Below are positions 39,330 to 48,064 of a stretch of DNA of 64,000 nt, piece by piece. Below the pieces are notes generated by a model that saw only the letters and a program-made list of their open reading frames with translations, was not told the DNA's origin and searched no databases. The position numbers and the translations under genes were made by a program. Where the stretch lies: positions 62,001 to 126,000 of IMG/VR virus record IMGVR_UViG_3300009103_000001, one strand, 5' to 3'. How positions within the stretch are numbered: the first letter of the stretch is position 1; every line of letters starts with the position of its first letter.

Positions 39330-40460
39330 ATGAAAAAAGTTTTTTTAGAATACGTTTGGTTGGACGGAAATCAACCACAACAATTAAGAAGTAAAACTAA
39401 AGTTGTAAAACCTGAAGATATTAGAAAATATACTGATTCGGGGGTTATAAACCCCGAATATTCGGGATTTATTTGGGATTTACCTAAATGGTCTTTTGAT
39501 GGTAGTTCAACAAAACAGGCTAAAGCTGGAAAGGGGGAAAACACTGATTGTGTTTTAAAACCTGTATTTTCTTGTGATGACCCATTTAGAGGTGATTATC
39601 ATTACATTGTCCTTTGTGAGGTTTTAAATCCAGACGGAACCTTACACCCAACAAATAAAAGAGGTGAGTTAAGGGAGTTTATGGAAAAAAATAAAATAAC
39701 GGACTCTAAAGTTAGTTTAGAAAAAGCCAATTGGTTTGGTTGGGAACAAGAATATACTTTAACCACAAAACCGAATTTTAAAGAAGGTGAAGGATTACCA
39801 CTTGGGTTCAGACCTAATGAAGAACCTAGACCACAAGGAGATTATTATTGTGGTGTTGGAGCAGATAATATCACAGGTAGAAGAATTGTGGAAGAACATT
39901 TAGAAAAATGTGTTGAAGCTGGTTTGGATATCTCAGGTATTAACGCGGAAGTTATGTTAGGGCAATGGGAATACCAAATTGGACCTGTAACATCTCTTGA
40001 AGGGTCGGACCAATTATGGGTTTCTAGATATATTCTACAACGAGTGGCCGAAGAAAATGGTGTTAAAATATCATTTCACCCAAAACCAAAAACTGGTGAT
40101 TGGAATGGTTCAGGATGTCATGTCAATTTCTCAACCCCTGAAATGAGAAAAGAAGACGGTATTAAATTAATTAAAGATACAATGGCTAAATTAACACTTA
40201 CTCATGATGAACATATTAAAGTATATGGTTTATATAATGAAAAACGTATGACAGGTGAACATGAAACTTCTAGTATAAACGATTTTAGTTATGGTTATAG
40301 TACAAGAGATACTAGTATCAGAATTCCAGCACAGTCAATAATTGATGGTAAGGGTTATTTTGAAGACCGAAGACCCGCTTCTAATTGTGACCCATACAGT
40401 GTAGCATTACGTATGTTAAAAACTGTATATAACACTGTGAATGAAACAGTAGAAGTTTAA
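39330..40460 (+). CDS. glnII: Glutamine synthetase type II
   Basis: EYVWLDG, LRSKTK, WSFDGSST, EQEY, NAEVMLGQWEYQIGP, DWNGSGCH, SIRIP and YFEDRRPASNCDPY. Confidence 0.95.
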   Translation: MKKVFLEYVWLDGNQPQQLRSKTKVVKPEDIRKYTDSGVINPEYSGFIWDLPKWSFDGSSTKQAKAGKGENTDCVLKPVFSCDDPFRGDYHYIVLCEVLNPDGTLHPTNKRGELREFMEKNKITDSKVSLEKANWFGWEQEYTLTTKPNFKEGEGLPLGFRPNEEPRPQGDYYCGVGADNITGRRIVEEHLEKCVEAGLDISGINAEVMLGQWEYQIGPVTSLEGSDQLWVSRYILQRVAEENGVKISFHPKPKTGDWNGSGCHVNFSTPEMRKEDGIKLIKDTMAKLTLTHDEHIKVYGLYNEKRMTGEHETSSINDFSYGYSTRDTSIRIPAQSIIDGKGYFEDRRPASNCDPYSVALRMLKTVYNTVNETVEV

Positions 40461-40470
40461 ATTTTTAATA

Positions 40471-40911
40471 ATGAAAAGAGGTAAAGAAGTGAAGATTAAC
40501 ACACCATATCAATATAATATCATTTCTGGAACGGTTGACAATAAAAACCCAAAATCAGTTTATATACAAATATCAGCTTGGGGTAAACCGAAAATTTATA
40601 ATGAATTTTATGATTATGATAATATATTAAAATTTAAATCTAAAAAAGTAAAAAGAAAGTTATTTGAAGTTCTAGACAATGAACATTTCCATAAAAATAA
40701 ATCTATAGTAGATTTTAATATGGCTTCGTCTGGGATTAAAAAAGATAAAAGGAGTTTTATGTCAGTAGAAATGACATTGTTTAAAAAAGAACCTTTATTA
40801 CCTGTAAATTCAAATGAATTACAACCAATATTAGGTATAATATCTGAAAAAATAATAACGGATGTTTTTGAAAAGGATGAAGATTTTAAGTTTTTTAAGA
40901 AAAAAAGCTAA
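40471..40911 (+). CDS. Hypothetical protein
   Basis: 146-aa ORF. Confidence 0.75.
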   Translation: MKRGKEVKINTPYQYNIISGTVDNKNPKSVYIQISAWGKPKIYNEFYDYDNILKFKSKKVKRKLFEVLDNEHFHKNKSIVDFNMASSGIKKDKRSFMSVEMTLFKKEPLLPVNSNELQPILGIISEKIITDVFEKDEDFKFFKKKS

Positions 40912-40979
40912 AAAGATTAGTAAAAAAGAATTTAATAATAAAAAACAATGGTTAGAAGGTGATGGGCCTCAAACAGACT

Positions 40980-41005
40980 AAAAGGGACAATAATGTCCCT
41001 TTTTT
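40980..41005. terminator. Bidirectional intrinsic terminator
   Basis: aaagggaca-ataa-tgtcccttt between convergent genes. Confidence 0.8.
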
Positions 41006-41543
41006 ATTTACCAACAGATACAGTGTAAAATGATTGTTTATATTTCATAAAACACTCACCATTTTCATCACTAACACAAATAACGTATGGACCAAAAGTT
41101 TTAACAGTCCCATTGCCGTAATAAGTGGATAATCTTTCAGTTAAACCAAACACTTGTTCATCGTGTCTTCTAACATAATCATACCCTATAGAACCTCTAG
41201 TAGTAAAAACAGTATAACTTTTATTATCATCACTTCTACCAATATAAACCTTAGCTTTAGTGTATATGTAATTACCTTGTTTATAAGATTCTATTTTTAT
41301 GTCTTTAACATTCCAATTACCAAACATTTGTGAAAGTTGTTTACTAACTCTTTCTTCTAAATCATCAGTTAATCTTTTAGAACCTAATACACCATGAACC
41401 AAATCCCAATCTGTATTATCAGTAGGTTGTTTACCTTCAATAGTAACAACGTAATGGTTTTTTTCAGTATATGTATGATGTAAGTTTTGTGAGAAAACGA
41501 CACTAACCATAAAGATTAGTATGATTGTTAATATATTTTTCAT
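41004..41543 (-). CDS. Hypothetical secreted protein
   Basis: Signal peptide MKNILTIILIFMVSVVFSQ. Confidence 0.75.
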   Translation of the reverse strand: MKNILTIILIFMVSVVFSQNLHHTYTEKNHYVVTIEGKQPTDNTDWDLVHGVLGSKRLTDDLEERVSKQLSQMFGNWNVKDIKIESYKQGNYIYTKAKVYIGRSDDNKSYTVFTTRGSIGYDYVRRHDEQVFGLTERLSTYYGNGTVKTFGPYVICVSDENGECFMKYKQSFYTVSVGK

Positions 41544-42172
41544 TTTACTTGTGGATTTTTAAGTTGTACAGTTGGTTGAATTTCTTCTAATAGGAGTTCA
41601 TAAGAAACATCCATATCATTAGCTAATTTATAAAGTTGGTCGATGGTACCTTTTTTAATTGAATATTTAGCTATTGCTTCAATTAGGTTTTCTTTATCAT
41701 CAGCAGAAATATCTTCACAATTTTCAATTAAACCCGCGATTGTTTCTTGATTTCTTTCCAAAACATTGACGTTGAATTTATATTCGACCTCTTCATTTAC
41801 AATATCTTCACCGTAGGTTTTTATTAGATATTCAGCTCTTTCAGCATCTATCTTTTTATAAGAATCTTGTACAATAACCATCACTCTACCACCTTGGTCA
41901 GAAGTTAAGTTAAAAGATGATTCTCTTTTACCCGTTTTTTCTAATATAGCAATAAATTCTTCAACACCAATTTCTTTTATGGTTGATTCAGCTGAAGCTA
42001 ATTCTGACTTAATTGTTGCCATTTCCTTTTTTAATGTAGCTAGTTTAGCCAATTTTAAATGAAACAGAGCCATTTCTTCTTCTTTTAGTTTTGGTGTTAC
42101 CATCTGTTTTTCAACAGTTTTTGATTTAGTTGTTTTGGCTTTTGATTTAGCCTTTGAGAACATATTTGCCAT
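41540..42172 (-). CDS. Hypothetical early protein with coiled coil
   Basis: 210 aa; host-type promoter upstream. Confidence 0.8.
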   Translation of the reverse strand: MANMFSKAKSKAKTTKSKTVEKQMVTPKLKEEEMALFHLKLAKLATLKKEMATIKSELASAESTIKEIGVEEFIAILEKTGKRESSFNLTSDQGGRVMVIVQDSYKKIDAERAEYLIKTYGEDIVNEEVEYKFNVNVLERNQETIAGLIENCEDISADDKENLIEAIAKYSIKKGTIDQLYKLANDMDVSYELLLEEIQPTVQLKNPQVK

Positions 42173-42213
42173 AGTAATAAATGTTTTAAGTGATTTTTAA
42201 ATAATTAATTGAA

Positions 42214-42243
42214 CAAATATAATAATATTATTTTTATTGGCAA
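42214..42243 (-). promoter_or_regulatory. Bacteroidota-type promoter TTG-N19-TATATTTG
   Basis: Consensus match upstream of 42172. Confidence 0.6.
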
Positions 42244-42289
42244 TGGAATAAGTGAATTTATTGCATATTTATTAAGAAAAGTATTAAAT

Positions 42290-43018
42290 ATGAAAATATT
42301 AAAACCAGGAGATGAGGGATATGGTTATATCATTGAGTATGATGCCGGATTTATTTCACCATCATTAACATGTAAAGACGGTGTGTGTTCTAATTCTAAT
42401 TTGATTAAAGAATTTAAATCTGGTTTAAATTTCGGATTAGATGGGGAGTTACCAGATAAAATAGAATTATACGCTGTTCTTCAAAAATGGGGTGTGGAGA
42501 ATAAAAATGGTAGAGTATATACAGAAGAAATTTTAAAAAGAGAGGCAAAAAGATACCAAGAATTTATAGATATGGGTACATCACTCGGTGAATTGAATCA
42601 CCCAGAATCATCAATTATTGATGCTGACCGTGTATCACATAGAGTTACAGAAATATGGTGGGAAGGTAGAACATTAATGGGCAAAATCGAATTAGACACA
42701 ACACCAGGTTATTTAAGTGGTGGTGTGATTAGTTCTGTTGGTGATAAAGTTCTTAATATGATTAGAAAGGGATGGACTGTTGGCATATCTTCTAGAGGTG
42801 TCGGTTCGTTAAAACAAGAAGGTGGTAAAAATGTTGTTCAAGACGATTTCGAATTAATATGTTGGGATATTGTAACATCACCATCTACACCAGGTTCTTG
42901 GATATCGATAAGTCAACAAGATTTGACACCATATACAGAATCAGTTAAAAAAAATAATAATTTATTATCCGAAGAAGAACATACATTATTGAATAATTTA
43001 AATAAATTTTTATTATGA
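42290..43018 (+). CDS. Prohead core protein protease (T4 gp21-like)
   Basis: NKNGRVY, LGELNHP, VSH, GISSRGVGS and DIVTSPSTPGS; start moved to ATG 42290 after CATATTTATT at 42264. Confidence 0.92.
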   Translation: MKILKPGDEGYGYIIEYDAGFISPSLTCKDGVCSNSNLIKEFKSGLNFGLDGELPDKIELYAVLQKWGVENKNGRVYTEEILKREAKRYQEFIDMGTSLGELNHPESSIIDADRVSHRVTEIWWEGRTLMGKIELDTTPGYLSGGVISSVGDKVLNMIRKGWTVGISSRGVGSLKQEGGKNVVQDDFELICWDIVTSPSTPGSWISISQQDLTPYTESVKKNNNLLSEEEHTLLNNLNKFLL

Positions 43019-43296
43019 AAAAAATAATTAAATTAAACGAAAACGATATAGGGAACTTGGTTAAGAAAATAATCAAGGAAGATAGAACTGATTTTGAAAA
43101 AGTTTATATAATAGTTAATAGAGAAATACACGGTTATGAGGCGGTAGAGAATGTATATAAGACGTTGGAAGATGCGGTAAAAGATGATGTATTTGACAGA
43201 TACGAACAAACGCCAGAAATACTAAACGACCCAAATGATGGGGGGTTATATGGTATGAGTGAAACATTTTATATATTACCTTATAAAGTAAATTAA
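43015..43296 (+). CDS. Leader-A cargo protein (MKKIIKLNENDIGNLVKKIIKE)
   Basis: Leader shared with six other ORFs. Confidence 0.8.
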   Translation: MKKIIKLNENDIGNLVKKIIKEDRTDFEKVYIIVNREIHGYEAVENVYKTLEDAVKDDVFDRYEQTPEILNDPNDGGLYGMSETFYILPYKVN

Positions 43297-43313
43297 AAAT
43301 AATTTTTATTATA

Positions 43314-43634
43314 ATGAAAAGAATTGAAAAACAAAAGAGACGGTTAATTGAAGAAGCTAATAAAAGGGTTCTAAAGGAATCCGCTGAATTGACTGAATTA
43401 CACGATGATGTATTATACTTAACACCTGAATACCGTTTGACTGGTAATAGGGGTGAGGGTGTTCGTGTTTATGAAGAAATAATGGATACTGTTAATTCAT
43501 ATGGTATAGAACCATCTGATGAGGCTAAAGCTTTAATTAAAAGACTTGAATACGACCTTAGTGCTTTAGAGGGTTTCGATGAAAGAGTGGTAAAATTATA
43601 TGAATCTTTAAGTGGAATAAATATTAATGAATAA
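43314..43634 (+). CDS. Leader-C cargo protein (MKRIEKQKRRLIEEANKRVLKE)
   Basis: Leader related to those of 54431 and 54613. Confidence 0.8.
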   Translation: MKRIEKQKRRLIEEANKRVLKESAELTELHDDVLYLTPEYRLTGNRGEGVRVYEEIMDTVNSYGIEPSDEAKALIKRLEYDLSALEGFDERVVKLYESLSGININE

Positions 43635-43641
43635 AATAATT

Positions 43642-43980
43642 ATGAAAAAAATAATTAAATTAAACGAAAACGATATAGAAAATTTGGTTAAGAAAATAAT
43701 CAAGGAAGAGGGTGAAGAGTATAGAAGTAAAGACCCAGACCAATTGGATATGTTTGATGGCACAGTTAAAGATAGGGAATTAGAACAAGAATATAAAGAA
43801 TGGGAAGAAGAGGATGATAAAATGACAGATATATATAATGATATTTATGACACACTTGAACCGGTATTGAATAATATTCTTGATAAGTATGGAGAAGATT
43901 TTGATTTAATCGCCAATGATGACATGATTCAAAACATAGTAGAGGATTGGATGTATCCAGATGGAGGTGATGAAGATTAA
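43642..43980 (+). CDS. Leader-A acidic cargo protein
   Basis: Start moved to ATG 43642 at the leader. Confidence 0.8.
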   Translation: MKKIIKLNENDIENLVKKIIKEEGEEYRSKDPDQLDMFDGTVKDRELEQEYKEWEEEDDKMTDIYNDIYDTLEPVLNNILDKYGEDFDLIANDDMIQNIVEDWMYPDGGDED

Positions 43981-44010
43981 AAGGATAATAATATTTATAA
44001 TAAAATAATC

Positions 44011-45156
44011 ATGAAAAAAATAATTAAATTAAACGAAAACGATATAGAGAATTTAGTTAAAAAAATAATCAAGGAAGATAGGTTACAAGAATTAGATAAA
44101 TTAACTTATGATAGTGCAGCTGAAAAAGCTTCAGAAAGAGGTATACCCGCTTTATCTGATAGATTTAGAAAACATGGACAAGAACATGGTCTAGGAAAGG
44201 AAAAAGAACAATTCACTTTAGTGATTGACCATAGCAGTCTTGGAGAAAGGGAATATACTTATAAAGTTGAGTCTGTGGAGGAAATGGAAGATGGTAAAAC
44301 TTTAAAAATAAAATTAGTTGACATAGATAACCCACAAAATGTTCATACATATACAGGAAGTATTCGACTCACCAACCCAAACAAAAACAGTAGGTCACTT
44401 AAACGTGGGGATTATAAACTAATTTTATATTTTAGAGATAATTATTATACTTTAGCTAAAACAAGAAAAGATGCTAAAAATTTATTAAATATGTTAATTA
44501 AAAATATGGGTGGTAAACACATGTTCCACCCACTAAAAAATATAGACCCTAGAACTTTAACTCTTGGGTATTCAAATTTTGGTGAAAATATTAAAAGAAG
44601 AAAAACACTTAGTGAAGATAGAACTGATTATGAGATGAGTGGTGCTAGAAGTCGTAAAGACTATGTCTCTAATCCAAGAGAAAGAGATATTACTGGAATG
44701 TTCGGTAAATATTCTGAAGATGTACCACCAATGGTAATTAGATACATGAGAAAAAATCCTGAAGCTATTGTAAAAAGATTATATAAAATATATGGTGATA
44801 AAATATATGATTATATACCACAACAAGTAGATATGGATTTAGTTAGAAATAACCCGAATGATGCCGATTTAGGGGCACAAGTTAGAAGTCGTTTTAATTC
44901 TGAAAATATTAATGAATGTGGTGAAGGGGGTTATATGACAGAAGATGGTTGTGTTGATTATGTCGAGGAAAATAGAAGACCTAGAAGAATATCTGAATCA
45001 AACGGTAAAGGTTGTGCTGATACAGAAAAAGGTTGTATTAGAAAAAGAAAAAGTGGTTGGGTAATATTAAATAATAAAAAAGGTGGTGTTTGGAGAAAAT
45101 GTTCTAGTAGAAAAAACTGTGAAGAACAATTAGATGCATATCACGCAAATCAATAA
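44011..45156 (+). CDS. Leader-A multi-module protein
   Basis: ATATTTAT at 43991; internal LQE, LSE, INE and ISE sites separate modules. Confidence 0.85.
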   Translation: MKKIIKLNENDIENLVKKIIKEDRLQELDKLTYDSAAEKASERGIPALSDRFRKHGQEHGLGKEKEQFTLVIDHSSLGEREYTYKVESVEEMEDGKTLKIKLVDIDNPQNVHTYTGSIRLTNPNKNSRSLKRGDYKLILYFRDNYYTLAKTRKDAKNLLNMLIKNMGGKHMFHPLKNIDPRTLTLGYSNFGENIKRRKTLSEDRTDYEMSGARSRKDYVSNPRERDITGMFGKYSEDVPPMVIRYMRKNPEAIVKRLYKIYGDKIYDYIPQQVDMDLVRNNPNDADLGAQVRSRFNSENINECGEGGYMTEDGCVDYVEENRRPRRISESNGKGCADTEKGCIRKRKSGWVILNNKKGGVWRKCSSRKNCEEQLDAYHANQ

Positions 45157-45158
45157 TC

Positions 45159-45464
45159 ATGAAAGTTAAAAATATGTTATACGCGGGTCTTGGTATGGGT
45201 ACAATGGTATCTAAGAAGACTTATGAAGCTTATGAAAATTTTGTAAAAAGTGGTAAGGAGTTGGACCCAACAGTAAGTTCTACTATTGATGATTTTTTTA
45301 GTGATTTGGAAAATCAAAAAAAAGAAGTTAGAAATAGAGTTGAGGAAATTTTTAGTTTAACAGCGGATAAATTAGGGTACATCAAATTAAATGAGTATGA
45401 AAATTTATTAAAAAGAATAAAAACTTTAGAAGCTGAGTTAGCACAAGAAAAAAATAAAAAATGA
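45159..45464 (+). CDS. Phasin-like coiled-coil protein
   Basis: LYAGLGMG...FVKSGK...LLKRIKTLE resembles PhaF/PhaI-like phasin family proteins. Confidence 0.55.
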   Translation: MKVKNMLYAGLGMGTMVSKKTYEAYENFVKSGKELDPTVSSTIDDFFSDLENQKKEVRNRVEEIFSLTADKLGYIKLNEYENLLKRIKTLEAELAQEKNKK

Positions 45465-45805
45465 AAAAAAGAATTGTAAAACTAAACGAAAACGATATTG
45501 AAAGACTCGTTAATAGAATTATAAAAGAAGATGAAAAAGTATCATCTTCACAACTTAAACAAAAAATGAAACAAACTAGTATGGATACTGGTAGTTTAGG
45601 TTTAACACCAAAAGAAAGAGAAGTCTTTAGTACAGCAATAGATATGTTAAAAGATTTTTTCGCACAACAAGGAAATCAGGCAACAGGTAAAGCTTTAAGT
45701 TTATTTAATAGATTTAAGGATAGTTTAAAAGATGTTAAAGCTGAACCAATTAAATCACCAGAAGAGGAACAAAATACTGGTACAGATGAATTCGCGGACC
45801 AATAA
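45461..45805 (+). CDS. Leader-A cargo protein (MKKRIVKLNENDIERLVNRIIKE)
   Basis: Shared leader. Confidence 0.8.
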   Translation: MKKRIVKLNENDIERLVNRIIKEDEKVSSSQLKQKMKQTSMDTGSLGLTPKEREVFSTAIDMLKDFFAQQGNQATGKALSLFNRFKDSLKDVKAEPIKSPEEEQNTGTDEFADQ

Positions 45806-46296
45806 TGGGATTAATTCGTAAAATAATAAAAGAAGAACTTCTTAAGGAAGTTGGGGGATATGATGACCCAACTATAATGGCTCAACATTCTGGTGCAACA
45901 TTACGTTCACTAATAGAAGTATTGTCTGGTATGTTAGAGGCTATTAAAAGATTAGCTCAAAAAATATCAAAAGGCGGGTTAGATAAATTTAAAGGTAGAG
46001 ACGTATTATTTAATTTATCTGACATAATAAATGAAGGATTAAGATTAACAGGTTTATTAATAAAAGATTTCACAGAAGATGATATTATATTTGAAGGTAA
46101 AAAGTTTATTGAAAAAATGAATGAGTTTAAAAGAAAGATTAGACTTTTATCTAATCTTGGTTCAAGTTATACAGAAAAAGACTATAATGAGAAAATATTA
46201 GAATTGATATTTAAATTGGAACCGACAATAAACAGTTATGGTAATAGTTTAAATGATGTTAATAAAAGATTCATGGATAGGTTCGATATGATATAA
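45805..46296 (+). CDS. Leader-B cargo protein (MGLIRKIIKEELLKE), helical
   Basis: Leader nearly the same as that of the sigma factor at 22511. Confidence 0.8.
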   Translation: MGLIRKIIKEELLKEVGGYDDPTIMAQHSGATLRSLIEVLSGMLEAIKRLAQKISKGGLDKFKGRDVLFNLSDIINEGLRLTGLLIKDFTEDDIIFEGKKFIEKMNEFKRKIRLLSNLGSSYTEKDYNEKILELIFKLEPTINSYGNSLNDVNKRFMDRFDMI

Positions 46297-46376
46297 TAAT
46301 TTTAATTAACTATTCACAAATAAACATATATTAAATAAAATTGTATTAATAATTAATCAAAAAAAAGTTTTAAAAA

Positions 46377-46610
46377 ATGAGTGATATAATAGTAAAATAT
46401 TTTTTAGTAAAAGTAGAATTTGATTCTATAAATGAGAACACGGGAAAACCAAAGAAAATAAAAACACAATATCTTGTTGATGCAATGACTTGTACAGAAG
46501 CTGAAGCAAGAACAAACATTTATTTAAAAGAATCTGTGTTAGACTATGAGATTGTATCGGCAGTTAAAAGTCCAATAGAAGACGTTATAAGAGTAGCGGT
46601 TCCGGCTTAG
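46377..46610 (+). CDS. DUF4494-like protein
   Basis: YLVDAMTCTEAEAR motif, a family typical of Bacteroidota. Confidence 0.7.
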   Translation: MSDIIVKYFLVKVEFDSINENTGKPKKIKTQYLVDAMTCTEAEARTNIYLKESVLDYEIVSAVKSPIEDVIRVAVPA

Positions 46611-46634
46611 ATAAAAAAACAAAAATACTACTTT

Positions 46635-46670
46635 AACACGAAATGTCTAATTGATGTTTCGTGTTTTTTT
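46635..46670 (+). terminator. Intrinsic terminator
   Basis: aacacgaaatgtc/gatgtttcgtgtt stem plus T-tract. Confidence 0.75.
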
Positions 46671-46823
46671 ATGCTTAAAAATTTTATTCTATAAAAAAAA
46701 TATAATTAAAATAAACTAAAATAAAGTTTTTTTAACTTTTTCCACATTTAATACATATTTATTAGAAAACTCTAAGTGCTTTAGGGTTTTTTAATAATAT
46801 TATATAATAAAAAATAAAAAAAA

Positions 46824-48029
46824 ATGGCAGAGAACAGAAAGTCTATCATCGATGAGGCTCTCTTAGAAAGCGAACAAATTGAAAAAGCTTTCGAAGCTAA
46901 TGCAAAAGAAATACTGACTCAAACTATGAGTTCAGAAATTGAAGAAATGGTAAAGGAATCTTTAGAAGGTTCAAGTAGCTTAACAGAAGACGAAGATGAA
47001 GAAATGTTAGATTTACCTGATATGGGTGATGATGACGAAGATGCCGTCGCTGTTGCTGGTGACGTAGAAGACCTAGAAGACATGGGAATGGAACTAGGCG
47101 ACCTTGAAGGTCTAGAAGACCTTGAAGGGGATGATAACGAAGGACTTGATATCGAAATGATTGATTTGACAGACGCTGACGACACTGAAGTTGTTAGAGT
47201 TTTCAAAAAAATGGGACCAGACGATGAAATCGAAGTGGTTCAAGATGGTGGAAATATTGATATTAAGGATAATGAAACTGGCGCAGAATATAGAGTAGAA
47301 CTTGGTGGTGAAGGTGAAGACCTTGAAGACCTTGAAGGTGATGAAATTGAAATGGAAGACTTAGAAGACGTAGACGTTGAAGGTGATGAAATTGAAATGG
47401 AAGACCTAGAAGGTGATGACACTGAAGGTGAAGAAATTATTTATCAAGTAGAACTTGATGATGAAGATGACACCGTTGAAGAAGCTAGCAGAACATTAGG
47501 TAAGGGAAGTAAAAACTACCCTAAACGTAAAGGTTTACCAAAACCTATAGCTAGTGGAGCTAAGAATGAGTCAATAAAACCAAAGTTCTTAAAAATGATG
47601 AATGAAAATAAAGTTCTAAAAACTGATATCGAAAAAGTTGAATCTGAAAATAAAGAGTTAAAAGAAGACTATAATAAAATGGTTGACGCTCTTAAACAGT
47701 TCAGACAAAAACTTAATGAGGTTGCTGTGTTTAACAGTAACTTAACTTATACAGTTAGATTATTTACCGAACACTCAACTACTAAAGATGAGAAAGTTGA
47801 TGTAATCAAGAGATTTGATGAAGCTAAAACTCTTAAAGAATCTAAAGCTACTTATAAAAATTTAGTTAAAGAAATATCTAAGACAAAGGCTCCAATTAAA
47901 GAATCTATTGAGGAAAAAATTAACGAAACAAAATCTAGTGGTTCAGCACAGGTAACTGAATCTAAAGTTTATGTACACCCAGAGTTAGAAAAAATGAAAA
48001 ACTTATGGGAATATGAGTACAAAAACTAA
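46824..48029 (+). CDS. Prohead scaffolding/core protein (T4 gp22 position)
   Basis: Acidic low-complexity middle, C-terminal coiled coil, many LxE sites; immediately upstream of the major capsid gene. Confidence 0.8.
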   Translation: MAENRKSIIDEALLESEQIEKAFEANAKEILTQTMSSEIEEMVKESLEGSSSLTEDEDEEMLDLPDMGDDDEDAVAVAGDVEDLEDMGMELGDLEGLEDLEGDDNEGLDIEMIDLTDADDTEVVRVFKKMGPDDEIEVVQDGGNIDIKDNETGAEYRVELGGEGEDLEDLEGDEIEMEDLEDVDVEGDEIEMEDLEGDDTEGEEIIYQVELDDEDDTVEEASRTLGKGSKNYPKRKGLPKPIASGAKNESIKPKFLKMMNENKVLKTDIEKVESENKELKEDYNKMVDALKQFRQKLNEVAVFNSNLTYTVRLFTEHSTTKDEKVDVIKRFDEAKTLKESKATYKNLVKEISKTKAPIKESIEEKINETKSSGSAQVTESKVYVHPELEKMKNLWEYEYKN

Positions 48030-48064
48030 TAATAATAAAATTAAATTAAAAAACCAAAATTAAA

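Larger units (their letters stand above)
43015..44080 (+). repeat. Dispersed ~68-bp leader-coding repeat (copies at 43015, 43642, 44011; related copies at 45461, 53360, 53778, 54135)
   Basis: atgaaaaaaataattaaattaaacgaaaacgatatag...aa(c/t)tt(g/a)gttaa(g/a)aaaataatcaaggaaga. Confidence 0.9.

Noticed and set aside
23729-40460. Bacterial chromosome or prophage interpretation based on clpC, glnII and sigma genes
   Set aside because: These genes are interleaved with T4-like head genes at uniform composition, with no integrase or host operon structure
43015-44080. Leader repeats as a CRISPR array or integron attC sites
   Set aside because: Repeats are protein-coding, non-palindromic and separated by whole genes of 300-600 bp; no cas or integrase genes are seen
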